Source: an uncultured Desulfobacter sp. (lineage in GTDB: Bacteria; Desulfobacterota; Desulfobacteria; Desulfobacterales; Desulfobacteraceae). Taken from it: a stretch of DNA of 64,000 nucleotides. Where the stretch lies: contig OY762069.1 in the NCBI GenBank assembly GCA_963665095.1, forward strand, positions 6,842,359-6,906,358, given 5' to 3'. Under the pieces are notes generated by a model that made no database searches, was not told where the DNA came from, and worked only from the letters and a program-made list of their open reading frames with translations. The position numbers and the translations under genes are program-made. Below, one piece after another: positions 40,771 through 50,263 of the stretch (positions are counted from its first letter, which is position 1; each line of letters begins with the position of its first letter).

Positions 40771-43164
40771 ATGACCGATGATTCCAGCCCCATTACTCCT
40801 GAGATTGTGACAGACGAGGAAGAAGAGGATAAAAAAGGACTGGTTGCCAAAAGTAACAAACCAAGAATTTTATATCTGGTCCCCATTACCGGAAGACCCC
40901 ATTTGCCTGCCCAGGTCCAGCCCCTGATTGTCAGCAAGCAGCGCTGGGAAGAGACCCTTGTCAAGGCGGCAAAGGAGAGCCAGGGCCTTTTGGGCCTTTG
41001 CTACTTTAATGAGGTAAAGGGCAAGTATGTATATAAGGAAGATTTTCCTGATGTGGGGTGTGTGGTTCAGATGCTCAATGTCATGGAAGTGAAGGACAAT
41101 GTTCAGTTCATTGCCCAGGGCCTGGAACGGTTCAAAATTAAAAAGTTCCTTTCTGACAAGCCCCCTTTTGTGGCTGAGGTGGACTATTTTTCCCCGCCAA
41201 AGGAAGATGAGGACAAGATTAAGGCCTATGCCATTTCAATTATTTCAAATATTAAGCAGCTGTTGTCTTTGAATCCTTTATATTCAGAGGAACTCAAACA
41301 GTACCTGAACCGGTTTTCACCGGATCAGCCTTCACCTTTGACGGATTTTGCCGCCGGCATTACCACGGCCTCCGGGGCTGAACTGCAGGAGATTCTTGAA
41401 ACCGGCTCCCTTTTGGACCGGATGAAAAAGGTGATGATGCTGCTGCAAAAAGAGATTGAAATTGCCAAGCTGCAGACAAAGATCCAGAAAGACATCAACA
41501 CCCAGGTGGATGAAAATAAGCGTAAATTTTTCCTTAAACAGCAGCTAAAAGCCATCCAGAAGGAACTTGGACTGGAAAAGGATGATAAGACCTCGGATGT
41601 GGATAAATTCAAGGAGCGGTTTGATGCTCTTGATCCCCCTGAGCATGTGACGAAACGCTTTGAAGAGGAAATTGAAAAACTCTCTGTGCTTGAGACTGGT
41701 TCATCCGAATACGGGGTGACCCGTAACTACCTTGACTGGGTGACGTCTTTTCCCTGGGGTGTTTATTCTGAAGATAATATTGACATTGAGCGGGCAGAGC
41801 AGGTGCTTGACAGGGATCATGCAGGGCTTTCCGATGTCAAGGAGCGGATCATAGAGTTTTTTGCAGCCGGTGTGTATAAAAAGGATATTTCCGGCTCCAT
41901 TATCCTTTTTGTAGGCCCGCCGGGTGTGGGCAAAACATCTATTGGCAAGTCCATTGCCGAAGCGTTGGGCCGAAAATTTTACCGGTTTTCTTTAGGGGGG
42001 ATGAGGGACGAGGCCGAGATCAAGGGGCATCGCCGAACCTATGTGGGGGCACTGCCCGGTAAACTGGTGCAGGCGTTAAAAGATACTGAAGTGGCCAATC
42101 CTGTGATCATGCTGGATGAGATTGATAAGATCGGGGCTTCCTACCAGGGTGATCCGGCATCTGCGCTTTTAGAGGTGCTTGATCCCGAGCAGAATGCTGA
42201 GTTCCTGGATCACTATCTGGATCTGCGCATTGACCTGTCCAAGGTGCTGTTTATCTGTACGGCCAACACCCTGGACACCATCCCGGGGCCTTTGCTGGAC
42301 CGCATGGACCGGATTAATCTGTCCGGATATATCACCTCTGAAAAAATGGAGATTGCCAGAAAGCATTTGTGGCCGAAGCTGTTGAAGCGCAACAAACTCA
42401 ACGCATCCACCATCACCATTACCGATCCCACCATCCGGCATCTTGTTGAAGGCTATGCCAGGGAAGCAGGGGTTCGAAACCTTGAGAAACTGTTGAACAA
42501 GATCATCCGCAAAAGCATTGTTCAAATTTTAAAAGAGAAAAAGGACAAGGTCCGGATCAGCATCAAATCCATAGAGGACCTTTTAGGACCGCCCATATTT
42601 ACACCTGAAAAGCAGATGCAGGGCAAAGGGATTGTCACAGGCCTTGCCTGGACTGCCATGGGTGGTGCCACGCTCTCCATTGAGGCCGTCAGAGTTCATG
42701 GAAAAAGCAGTGGATTCAAGCTTACGGGTAAGCTTGGGGATGTGATGCAGGAATCTGCTGCCATTGCGCTTTCCCATGTGCGTTCTTTTTCAAAGGTGTA
42801 CCGCATTGATGAGGACTATTTCGATGACAGTTTCATTCATATCCATGTACCCGAGGGCGCCACACCCAAAGACGGGCCCAGTGCAGGCATTACCATTACC
42901 ACCGCTCTGGTCTCACTGGCCTTGGATCGTGTGATTTCAAAGCCTTTGGCAATGACCGGTGAAATTACCCTGACCGGCGATGTCCTGCCTGTGGGCGGGA
43001 TCAAGGAGAAGATTATTGCGGCCCGGCGGGTGGGAATCAAGGAGATTATACTGCCTGACGGGGTGAAAAGTGAATTTAAAAAACTTCCTGATCACATCAA
43101 GGAGGGAATTCAGTTTCATTTTGTGAAAAAATATAACGAGGTCTATAAAATCGTTTTCGGGTAG
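40771..43164 (+). CDS. lon: ATP-dependent Lon protease
   Basis: GPPGVGKTS, HRRTYVGALPG, LDEIDK, PKDGPSAG, VGGIKEK. Confidence 0.98.
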   Translation: MTDDSSPITPEIVTDEEEEDKKGLVAKSNKPRILYLVPITGRPHLPAQVQPLIVSKQRWEETLVKAAKESQGLLGLCYFNEVKGKYVYKEDFPDVGCVVQMLNVMEVKDNVQFIAQGLERFKIKKFLSDKPPFVAEVDYFSPPKEDEDKIKAYAISIISNIKQLLSLNPLYSEELKQYLNRFSPDQPSPLTDFAAGITTASGAELQEILETGSLLDRMKKVMMLLQKEIEIAKLQTKIQKDINTQVDENKRKFFLKQQLKAIQKELGLEKDDKTSDVDKFKERFDALDPPEHVTKRFEEEIEKLSVLETGSSEYGVTRNYLDWVTSFPWGVYSEDNIDIERAEQVLDRDHAGLSDVKERIIEFFAAGVYKKDISGSIILFVGPPGVGKTSIGKSIAEALGRKFYRFSLGGMRDEAEIKGHRRTYVGALPGKLVQALKDTEVANPVIMLDEIDKIGASYQGDPASALLEVLDPEQNAEFLDHYLDLRIDLSKVLFICTANTLDTIPGPLLDRMDRINLSGYITSEKMEIARKHLWPKLLKRNKLNASTITITDPTIRHLVEGYAREAGVRNLEKLLNKIIRKSIVQILKEKKDKVRISIKSIEDLLGPPIFTPEKQMQGKGIVTGLAWTAMGGATLSIEAVRVHGKSSGFKLTGKLGDVMQESAAIALSHVRSFSKVYRIDEDYFDDSFIHIHVPEGATPKDGPSAGITITTALVSLALDRVISKPLAMTGEITLTGDVLPVGGIKEKIIAARRVGIKEIILPDGVKSEFKKLPDHIKEGIQFHFVKKYNEVYKIVFG

Positions 43165-43182
43165 ATCGTGTCCTGCATAAAA

Positions 43183-43214
43183 ATCCCCCCTGGCTTAATA
43201 CCGTGAGGGGGGAT
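43183..43214. terminator. Probable terminator hairpin after lon
   Basis: ATCCCCCC / GGGGGGAT stem flanked by A runs. Confidence 0.55.
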
Positions 43215-43362
43215 AAAATATTTCATATTTCTATGCCATTTCAGCTCATGAGCGTGCATGAAGGTAGGCTTCTGCGTGTGCTTAATAAATGACAGGGGCT
43301 TGAACGGCCTGTTATCTCAAAGCGCACTCCTGGTTCATGCGAATACAGCACAAGATCGTTAT

Positions 43363-44334
43363 TCACATCAGGGTTTTGATTTTGTCCCAGACATGTGCCG
43401 GAATCTGGGCACCCATCACCTGGCACACTTCGTAGCCACAGATGGATCCCAGCCGGCCACTCTCCTTAATGGACAGGTCGTTGGCAAGACCATACAGAAA
43501 ACCTGCCGCCCAAAGGTCGCCGGCACCCGTCGTGTCCACCGGGGCGTTTCCTTTTACCGGTTCAATGGCAGTGGTCAGGTTCTCGTGCCATACAAAGCTT
43601 CCCCGGCTGCCCACTTTTAATACAGCATAGGTGACATCTGCGGATAATTTTTCAAGGGCGGCAGTTTCATCCGATTCTCCGGTATACGCCTTTGCCTCAT
43701 CTTCATTGGCAATGAGAATATCCACATACTCTTTAATCAGCTGGGGCAGAATATCCCTGGCCGCATTGACCACCTCAAAACTTGCCAGATCCAGGGCCAC
43801 CATGGCACCGGCCTGTTTGGCCGCTTTTACGGCAGCCATCATCAGATCCCGATTAAACAACAGATACCCCTCCACAAGGGCGATGGCTGTATTTTCAAAG
43901 GTCTCTTTGGTCACACTGTCAGGGGGCAAAAGACTTGAGGCACCAAGGTCTGTAAACATGGAGCGCTGGGCATCCGGTGTGACCACTGACAGCACTTTGC
44001 CCGTGGGCGTGTCAAAACAGTGAAGCATAGGCTCCACATGACTGCTTTTTACCTGGGCCTCAAAAATTTCGCCATAATCATCATTGCCCCGGGCACCAAT
44101 GAACCGGGCTTTCCCTCCCAATCTGCCCACCCCCATAATGGTGTTACAGGCAGCCCCGCCAGGCACAATAACAGGCGTCTGGCTGGAGGCTTCAATGATT
44201 GCCTCCTGTTCCACCGCTGTCACATATGTCATCCCGCCTTTTTTCTTGTTCAGTTCCTGAAGGAATTCATCGGTTTCGTTGATGAGGACATCCACCAACG
44301 CCGAGCCAATGCCGGTAATCGTTGAGCTGGTCAT
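43363..44334 (-). CDS. PfkB-family kinase, probably adenosine kinase
   Basis: GSALVD, PGGAACNT, ANEDEA, DTTGAGDLWAAGFLYG; divergent from metK-ahcY. Confidence 0.88.
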   Translation of the reverse strand: MTSSTITGIGSALVDVLINETDEFLQELNKKKGGMTYVTAVEQEAIIEASSQTPVIVPGGAACNTIMGVGRLGGKARFIGARGNDDYGEIFEAQVKSSHVEPMLHCFDTPTGKVLSVVTPDAQRSMFTDLGASSLLPPDSVTKETFENTAIALVEGYLLFNRDLMMAAVKAAKQAGAMVALDLASFEVVNAARDILPQLIKEYVDILIANEDEAKAYTGESDETAALEKLSADVTYAVLKVGSRGSFVWHENLTTAIEPVKGNAPVDTTGAGDLWAAGFLYGLANDLSIKESGRLGSICGYEVCQVMGAQIPAHVWDKIKTLM

Positions 44335-44521
44335 GTTATATCTCCATTCGGATCATTGTTAAAATTGGGTATGAGAGAACCTGTCACCAATTCTCTTTTT
44401 TTATTTTTGCAGGCCATATTCGAAGATTAAATACCAGAACTGCCTGTGACTGCAAAAGATTTGCTTCATCATCTTAAAATTGCAAGGGGGTTGTCAAGGG
44501 TTTCATTAAAAATCTATGCAC

Positions 44522-44541
44522 ATATAAAGATATATTGATAT
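44522..44541. promoter_or_regulatory. Imperfect 20-bp palindrome (SahR-type operator candidate) upstream of metK
   Basis: ATATAAAG-ATAT-ATTGATAT; TTGACA at 44557-44562 and TATTAA at 44581-44586. Confidence 0.5.
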
Positions 44542-44709
44542 ATTTTGTCTGAAGCATTGACAAACATATTGATAAATGCATATTAATACACTGTCTGTTA
44601 CCCCGACACTGGATTTTGAATCAGCTAGTTATTCTTATTTTCTGCAGTGTTGGAGAACTTAGATATTCATATACAGATACATGACCCCAATCAAGCGTAA
44701 GGAGATAAC

Positions 44710-45882
44710 ATGTCAGAAAACAAATCATTTCTGTTTACATCCGAATCAGTGACCGAAGGGCATCCCGACAAGGTAGCGGATGCGATTTCAGACAGCATCC
44801 TGGATGCCATTATGGCAGAGGACAAAAAATGCCGCGTGGCCTGCGAGACGTTGGTGACCACAGGGCTTGCCATGGTGGCAGGCGAAATTACCACCGACTG
44901 CTACGTGGATATTCCTGAAGTGGTCCGTGCTACCATCAAGGATATCGGCTACAACTCATCCAACATGGGCTTTGACTGGCAGACCTGCTCCGTCATCACC
45001 AGCATTGACCAGCAGTCCCAGGATATTGCCCAGGGTGTTAACGAAGGTGATGGGCTCTACAAAGAACAGGGTGCCGGGGACCAGGGACTCATGTTCGGGT
45101 TTGCCACCAATGAAACTGAAGAGCTCATGCCCATGCCCATTATTTACGCCCATAAGCTGACCAAACGGCTGACCCAGGTCCGGAAAAACGGGGCGCTTGA
45201 TTTTTTGCGGCCGGATGGCAAATCCCAGGTAACTATTGAATATATCGACGGCGTGCCCAAACGGGTTGACACCGTGGTGGTCTCCACCCAGCATTCACCG
45301 GATGTCTCCTACGATGACCTTAAGGCAGCCGTGGTCAAAGAAGTGATTAAAAAGGTAATTCCTGCAGACATGATGGACGGGGATACCCGGTTTTTCATCA
45401 ACCCGACAGGCCGGTTTGTTGTGGGTGGCCCCATGGGAGACTGCGGGGTAACGGGCCGCAAGATTATTGTGGATACCTATGGCGGCCAGGGCAGCCATGG
45501 CGGCGGATGCTTTTCCGGAAAAGATCCCTCCAAGGTGGACCGGTCTGCCTCCTACATGGGCCGGTATGTGGCTAAAAATCTTGTGGCGGCCGGACTGGCC
45601 GACAAGTGTGAAGTCCAGATCGCCTATGCCATTGGTGTAGCTGAGCCTGTCTCCATGATGGTGGATTTCATGGGCACCGGTAAAATAAGTGAAGCCAAGG
45701 CTGCCCAGATTGTCAGGGAGGTATTTGACCTGCGGCCCGCCGGCATTATCAGGGAACTTGATCTGCTTCGTCCCATTTACAGAAAAACATCTGCCTATGG
45801 CCATTTCGGCCGCAAGGATCCCGATTTCTACTGGGAAAGAACCATCCGGGCTGATGAGATCAAAACACTTGCCGGATTATAG
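44710..45882 (+). CDS. metK: S-adenosylmethionine synthetase
   Basis: [41 protein letters not shown]. Confidence 0.99.
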   Translation: MSENKSFLFTSESVTEGHPDKVADAISDSILDAIMAEDKKCRVACETLVTTGLAMVAGEITTDCYVDIPEVVRATIKDIGYNSSNMGFDWQTCSVITSIDQQSQDIAQGVNEGDGLYKEQGAGDQGLMFGFATNETEELMPMPIIYAHKLTKRLTQVRKNGALDFLRPDGKSQVTIEYIDGVPKRVDTVVVSTQHSPDVSYDDLKAAVVKEVIKKVIPADMMDGDTRFFINPTGRFVVGGPMGDCGVTGRKIIVDTYGGQGSHGGGCFSGKDPSKVDRSASYMGRYVAKNLVAAGLADKCEVQIAYAIGVAEPVSMMVDFMGTGKISEAKAAQIVREVFDLRPAGIIRELDLLRPIYRKTSAYGHFGRKDPDFYWERTIRADEIKTLAGL

Positions 45883-45905
45883 TTTGGAAAACAAGGAGTA
45901 AAATA

Positions 45906-47348
45906 ATGGAACAAAGCAAGAACAGCGGCTACATGGAACTGGATCTCTCTTTACCTTACAAGGTCAAGGACATTGGTCTGGCAGAAGACGGACACAAGGA
46001 CATGCAGCTGTCTGAAAAGGAAATGCCCGGGCTTATGGCCATCCGGGAGAAATACGGTCCTGAAAAGCCGCTTAAGGGATTGAAAATTACGGGCAGCCTT
46101 CATATGACCATTCAAACGGCCATGCTCATTGATACCCTGTATGAACTCGGGGCGGATATCCGGTGGGCATCGTGCAATATTTTTTCCACCCAGGATCACG
46201 CAGCGGCTGCCATTGCCGACAAGGTTACGGCAGCGGTGTTTGCCTGGAAAGGAGAGTCCCTGGAAGAGTTCTGGTGGTGCACGGAACAGGCCCTGACCTG
46301 GCCGGATGGTTCCGGGCCGGATCTGATTGTGGATGACGGCGGGGATGCTACGCTCTTTGTGCATCAGGGTGCCAAGGTTGAGAAAAACCCTGCCATACTG
46401 GATAAGGAAACCCACAGCGGAGACGAGCGCTGCCTGATGGAGCGGCTCCAGGCAAGCTACAACAGTGATCCCCAACGCTGGACCAACATTGCCAAAAAGA
46501 TACGCGGGGTCTCTGAAGAAACAACTACCGGTGTGCACCGCCTCTATCATCTGGCCTCGTCCAAGGAGCTGTTGTTCCCGGCCATCAACGTTAATGATTC
46601 AGTCACCAAATCCAAGTTTGACAACTTGTACGGGTGCCGTGAATCCCTGGCTGACGGCATCAAGCGGGCCACCGATGTGATGATTGCCGGCAAAACCGTG
46701 GTGGTAGCCGGTTACGGTGATGTGGGCAAAGGGTGCGCAGCCTCCATGAAGGGCTACGGCGCCATTGTGCTGGTTACGGAGATTGATCCCATCTGTGCAC
46801 TCCAGGCCGCCATGGAGGGGTATGAGGTGGTTACCATGGAGGAAGCGGCCCCAAGAGGGGATATTTTTGTCACAGCCACAGGCAACTACCACGTCATTAC
46901 CGGAAAGCACATTGAACAGATGAAAGATGAATCCATCATCTGTAACATCGGCCATTTTGACAATGAGATCGAGATGAGTTTTCTGGATAAACATCCTGAG
47001 GCGAAAAAAATCAATATCAAGCCCCAGGTGGATAAATGGATGCTGCCTTCTGGCCGTTCAGTGATCGTGCTGGCTGAAGGCCGCCTGGTCAACCTTGGCT
47101 GTGCCACGGGCCATCCCAGTTTTGTGATGAGCAACAGCTTTTCAAACCAGACCATGGCCCAGATCAAACTGGCCCAGGAAGACCTGGAGAAAAAGGTGTA
47201 TACCCTGCCCAAGGAACTAGATGAAGAGGTGGCACGGCTGCATTTGAAGAACCTGTCTGTCTCTTTGACAAAACTGACCCAGCAGCAGGCCGATTATATC
47301 GGTGTGCCGGTGAGCGGGCCGTTCAAGCCTGATCACTACAGGTATTAG
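45906..47348 (+). CDS. ahcY: Adenosylhomocysteinase
   Basis: [46 protein letters not shown]. Confidence 0.99.
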   Translation: MEQSKNSGYMELDLSLPYKVKDIGLAEDGHKDMQLSEKEMPGLMAIREKYGPEKPLKGLKITGSLHMTIQTAMLIDTLYELGADIRWASCNIFSTQDHAAAAIADKVTAAVFAWKGESLEEFWWCTEQALTWPDGSGPDLIVDDGGDATLFVHQGAKVEKNPAILDKETHSGDERCLMERLQASYNSDPQRWTNIAKKIRGVSEETTTGVHRLYHLASSKELLFPAINVNDSVTKSKFDNLYGCRESLADGIKRATDVMIAGKTVVVAGYGDVGKGCAASMKGYGAIVLVTEIDPICALQAAMEGYEVVTMEEAAPRGDIFVTATGNYHVITGKHIEQMKDESIICNIGHFDNEIEMSFLDKHPEAKKINIKPQVDKWMLPSGRSVIVLAEGRLVNLGCATGHPSFVMSNSFSNQTMAQIKLAQEDLEKKVYTLPKELDEEVARLHLKNLSVSLTKLTQQQADYIGVPVSGPFKPDHYRY

Positions 47349-47464
47349 AACCCTTCCTTTTATCTTGGTGTTACAGCAGGAGATGCATCCGATCCAAAAG
47401 TACGCCGGGGATGTAATCAGCCGGGATAGCTGGATGCTTTGATAAAGAGGGGAGAGGAAAGGAT

Positions 47465-47511
47465 AACGCCTCAAAGAAGCTGCCGGAATATAGCAGCCTC
47501 TTTGAGGCGTT
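47465..47511. terminator. Strong, probably bidirectional terminator hairpin
   Basis: AACGCCTCAAAGA / TCTTTGAGGCGTT 13-bp stem plus GCTGC/GCAGC. Confidence 0.75.
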
Positions 47512-47555
47512 TGGTATCAAGGTATTTAATCTGTTACGGCAGGAGTGGATGCCGC

Positions 47556-47687
47556 TTAAAACGTGACAACCTCGGGTTCGCCGGCAAAGCAATAAAAGGT
47601 AGCCGTCGCATTCTTAAGGTATAAGACCTGGGTATTATCATCATCCGCAGCATAGCGGTCTTTGAGAGTTGGATAGTCATCAAGCAT
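47556..47687 (-). CDS. Putative 43-aa small protein MLDDYPTLKDRYAADDDNTQVLYLKNATATFYCFAGEPEVVTF
   Basis: ATG..TAA with AGGGAG upstream and a hairpin 45 nt downstream; below the ORF-track size cutoff. Confidence 0.45.
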   Translation of the reverse strand: MLDDYPTLKDRYAADDDNTQVLYLKNATATFYCFAGEPEVVTF

Positions 47688-48056
47688 TATTTAAATTTCT
47701 CCCTGTTATATTTGCAGAACGACTGCCTGCTTTTTTAAATTGCCTGGCAAATGGATGGGTATGAAATATAAGTAGGCATATAAACCTGTGGTATGCATAA
47801 CCGGTTTAGAAATAGGAACGCCGGACAGGGAGAGTGTTCAAGAATTTAAACATGATAATGTCATTACTAATCAATGTGTTAATTGTATAAATGCCTGATA
47901 TCATGGCATGGAAGTTCAAAAATTTGAACTTTTTTGAAGAAAATGCAATTACCCAAATGACATATGGCGCTGGTGATAATCCTGAAATTATTTTTAATTA
48001 ATTAAAGTCTTTGAAAAACAGTTTGTTATTGTTTGTTTGAAAGAATTTATAATAGA

Positions 48057-48072
48057 TGGCACACCATTTGCT
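48057..48072 (+). promoter_or_regulatory. Sigma-54 (-24/-12) promoter
   Basis: TGGCAC-ACCAT-TTGCT, exact TGGCAC-N5-TTGCW consensus in an AT-rich intergenic region. Confidence 0.8.
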
Positions 48073-48082
48073 TTTAGTTATG

Positions 48083-48166
48083 TATAAAATATATAAAAAT
48101 ATTTTTTCATCTTTTTCCTTTTCCAAAAACGGCTGCCGGTAATCCGGGAGCCGTTTTTGGTTTTTT
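48083..48166 (+). ncRNA. Candidate sigma-54-dependent small RNA (~84 nt)
   Basis: Lies between the sigma-54 promoter and a strong terminator; no + strand ORF; CU-rich segment. Confidence 0.5.
48123..48166 (+). terminator. Intrinsic terminator
   Basis: CCAAAAACGGCT / AGCCGTTTTTGG stem, inner CCGG/CCGG, TAAT loop, T6 tail. Confidence 0.8.
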
Positions 48167-48252
48167 GAACACCTTAAAAAACTTGAAAATGCCCTGAAAT
48201 GGTTTATAGTCCTGACCCTATACAGCAAATTTTAAGATAAAGGCTTGAATCT

Positions 48253-49401
48253 ATGGATTTTAACCCCTGTATGAAGCATCAGGTGGTCAGAAAAACAGTC
48301 CGCGAGTTTGCCGAAAAAGAGATCCGGCCTCACGCGGCTGCTCTGGATAAAGAGGGACGGTTTCCCCATGATATTGTTGAAAAGATGGCACCTTTGAACT
48401 ACTTTGGGCTTCAGGTGCCCTCATCCTTAGGCGGCGCCGGCCTTGATACTATTTCCTATGCCATTGTCATTGAAGAGCTCTCCCGGGTATGTGCTCCTTT
48501 AGGGCTTTGCGTCTCTGTGCATAACAGTGTTGGGATTTTCCCCATTCTGAAGTTCGGTACCAGGGAGCAGATTTCCCGTTTTGTGCCGGATATGGCGTCC
48601 GGCAGGCATATCGGGGCATTCTGCCTCACTGAGGCCAATGCGGGATCTGATGCCGGTGGGGTGGAGACAACGGCCGCAAGAACGCAGAACGGTTATACCA
48701 TTAACGGCACTAAGATTTTTGTCACCAACGGCGGTATCTGCGATGTGGTGCTGGTCTTTGCCGTGGATGCGGACGGTAACGGCCCTGGCCGTTCCAATGT
48801 ATTCATTGTGGAGAAAACCAGGCCCGGATTTGGTGTGGGTGAAATTGAAGATCTTTGCGGCATGCGGGCAAACCCGGTCTCTTCCCTGTTTTTTGAAGAT
48901 TGTGAAATTCCTGAGACCAATCTTTTGGGAAAACCCGGACAGGGCCTTAAAATTGGCCTGACCGCCCTTGATACCGGCCGGATCGGCATTGCCGCCCAGG
49001 CCTTAGGGATTGCCCAGGGTGCCTTTGAGGCCGCTCTTGCCTATGCAAAGGAGCGCCAGCAGTTCAACAGCCCTTTGACAAAATTTCAAACCATCCAGAA
49101 CTATCTGGCTGATATGGCCACAGCCATTGAGGGCTCCCGCCTGCTGCTTTACCGGGCTGCAGCCGCCAAGGACAAGGGCGGTGATTTCGGAGCCCATGCT
49201 GCCATGGCCAAACTCTCCTGCAGTGCCACGGCCCGCACGGTTACAGATCTGGCCGTCCAGATCCATGGCGGGTATGGATACTCCAAAGAGTATGACGTGG
49301 AGCGCTTTTTCAGGGAGGCCAAGGTGACCCAGATTTATGAAGGTACCAGCGAGGTACAGAAAATGGTAATTGCCCGGCACCTGATCACCCGGCCCAGCTA
49401 A
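48253..49401 (+). CDS. Acyl-CoA dehydrogenase (short-chain/butyryl-CoA dehydrogenase-like)
   Basis: FCLTEANAGSD, NGTKIFVTNG, GRIGIAAQALG, HGGYGY, IYEGTSE. Confidence 0.96.
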   Translation: MDFNPCMKHQVVRKTVREFAEKEIRPHAAALDKEGRFPHDIVEKMAPLNYFGLQVPSSLGGAGLDTISYAIVIEELSRVCAPLGLCVSVHNSVGIFPILKFGTREQISRFVPDMASGRHIGAFCLTEANAGSDAGGVETTAARTQNGYTINGTKIFVTNGGICDVVLVFAVDADGNGPGRSNVFIVEKTRPGFGVGEIEDLCGMRANPVSSLFFEDCEIPETNLLGKPGQGLKIGLTALDTGRIGIAAQALGIAQGAFEAALAYAKERQQFNSPLTKFQTIQNYLADMATAIEGSRLLLYRAAAAKDKGGDFGAHAAMAKLSCSATARTVTDLAVQIHGGYGYSKEYDVERFFREAKVTQIYEGTSEVQKMVIARHLITRPS

Positions 49402-49417
49402 AGGAGACCTGTAGAAA

Positions 49418-50263
49418 ATGGAAAACAACCCTTTGGATATCATTGTATGTATCAAACAGGTGCCCATGGTCTCTGAATTGCCCTGGAATTCAAAAACCGG
49501 CACACTGAAACGGGAACTGGCCCAGGGCATGATGGACCCCGCTTCCCGCCTGGCCCTGGAAGCAGGCTTACGACTGCGGCGGGCAGGGGCGGATATTGGC
49601 CGGAATATTCAGGTGACAGTCCTGGCCATGGGACCGCCCATGGCTGAAGAGGTCCTGCACCAGGCAATATCCCTGGGTGCCGACCAGGGGGTGCTGCTCA
49701 CAGACCGGCGTATGGCAGGTGCAGACACCTTTTTAACCTCCTTTATCCTTGGCCGTTACATCCGTAAGTTTAAACCCCATGCGGGCCTTGTGCTCTGCGG
49801 GTCCCAGACCAGTGACAGCGAGACGGCACAGGTCGGGCCGCAGCTTGCCTGCGAACTGGACCTGCCCGCCATTGGCTGGGCCACAGATATCGCGCTTAAA
49901 GGAACTTGTGTGGTGGTGAAACGCCATGTGGACGATTTTATGGAAACCCTGGAGATGGACCTGCCAGGCCTTGTAACCATTGACCAGAGTGCCTTTGTGC
50001 CTAAATATGCAGGCCTTGCCGGTGTGGCGGATGCCTTTGCCTCGCCAAGAGTCGGTTTTGTGGATGCCGAAGCCCTTGATCTCGATGCCGGGTTTAACGC
50101 CCTGAAAGACTCTCCCACAAGGATCCTGGATGTATATTCACCCACCACCCAGAAGGAGAACAGGGTGCTCAAGGGGGCGGCCAAAAGTGTGGTGGATCAG
50201 TTGTTTGCCGAGTATGGAAAGACCATCAGTTCTGCCATGGGCAAGGACCTGAAAAGTAAATGA
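49418..50263 (+). CDS. etfB: Electron transfer flavoprotein beta subunit
   Basis: IVCIKQVP, MGPP, AGADT, G.QTSDSETAQVGP, SPTR. Confidence 0.93.
   Translation: MENNPLDIIVCIKQVPMVSELPWNSKTGTLKRELAQGMMDPASRLALEAGLRLRRAGADIGRNIQVTVLAMGPPMAEEVLHQAISLGADQGVLLTDRRMAGADTFLTSFILGRYIRKFKPHAGLVLCGSQTSDSETAQVGPQLACELDLPAIGWATDIALKGTCVVVKRHVDDFMETLEMDLPGLVTIDQSAFVPKYAGLAGVADAFASPRVGFVDAEALDLDAGFNALKDSPTRILDVYSPTTQKENRVLKGAAKSVVDQLFAEYGKTISSAMGKDLKSK

Noticed and set aside
47352..47452. Possible SAM-I riboswitch after ahcY (TTTATC...GATAAA outer pairing, GCATCC/GGATGC)
   Set aside because: The SAM-I core (AGAG, GAGGGA, GCAACC, GGUGC) is absent on both strands and the position is 3' of the gene; only modest pairing remains.
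47905..47919. Sigma-54-like TGGCATGGAAGTTCA
   Set aside because: Lacks the invariant -12 GC; overlaps the palindrome treated as an activator site.
48078..48110. Minus-strand 10-aa ORF MKKYFYIFYT with an RBS, resembling an aromatic leader peptide
   Set aside because: No biosynthetic gene or attenuator follows on that strand and the composition is expected in AT-rich DNA; better explained as the complement of the candidate sRNA.
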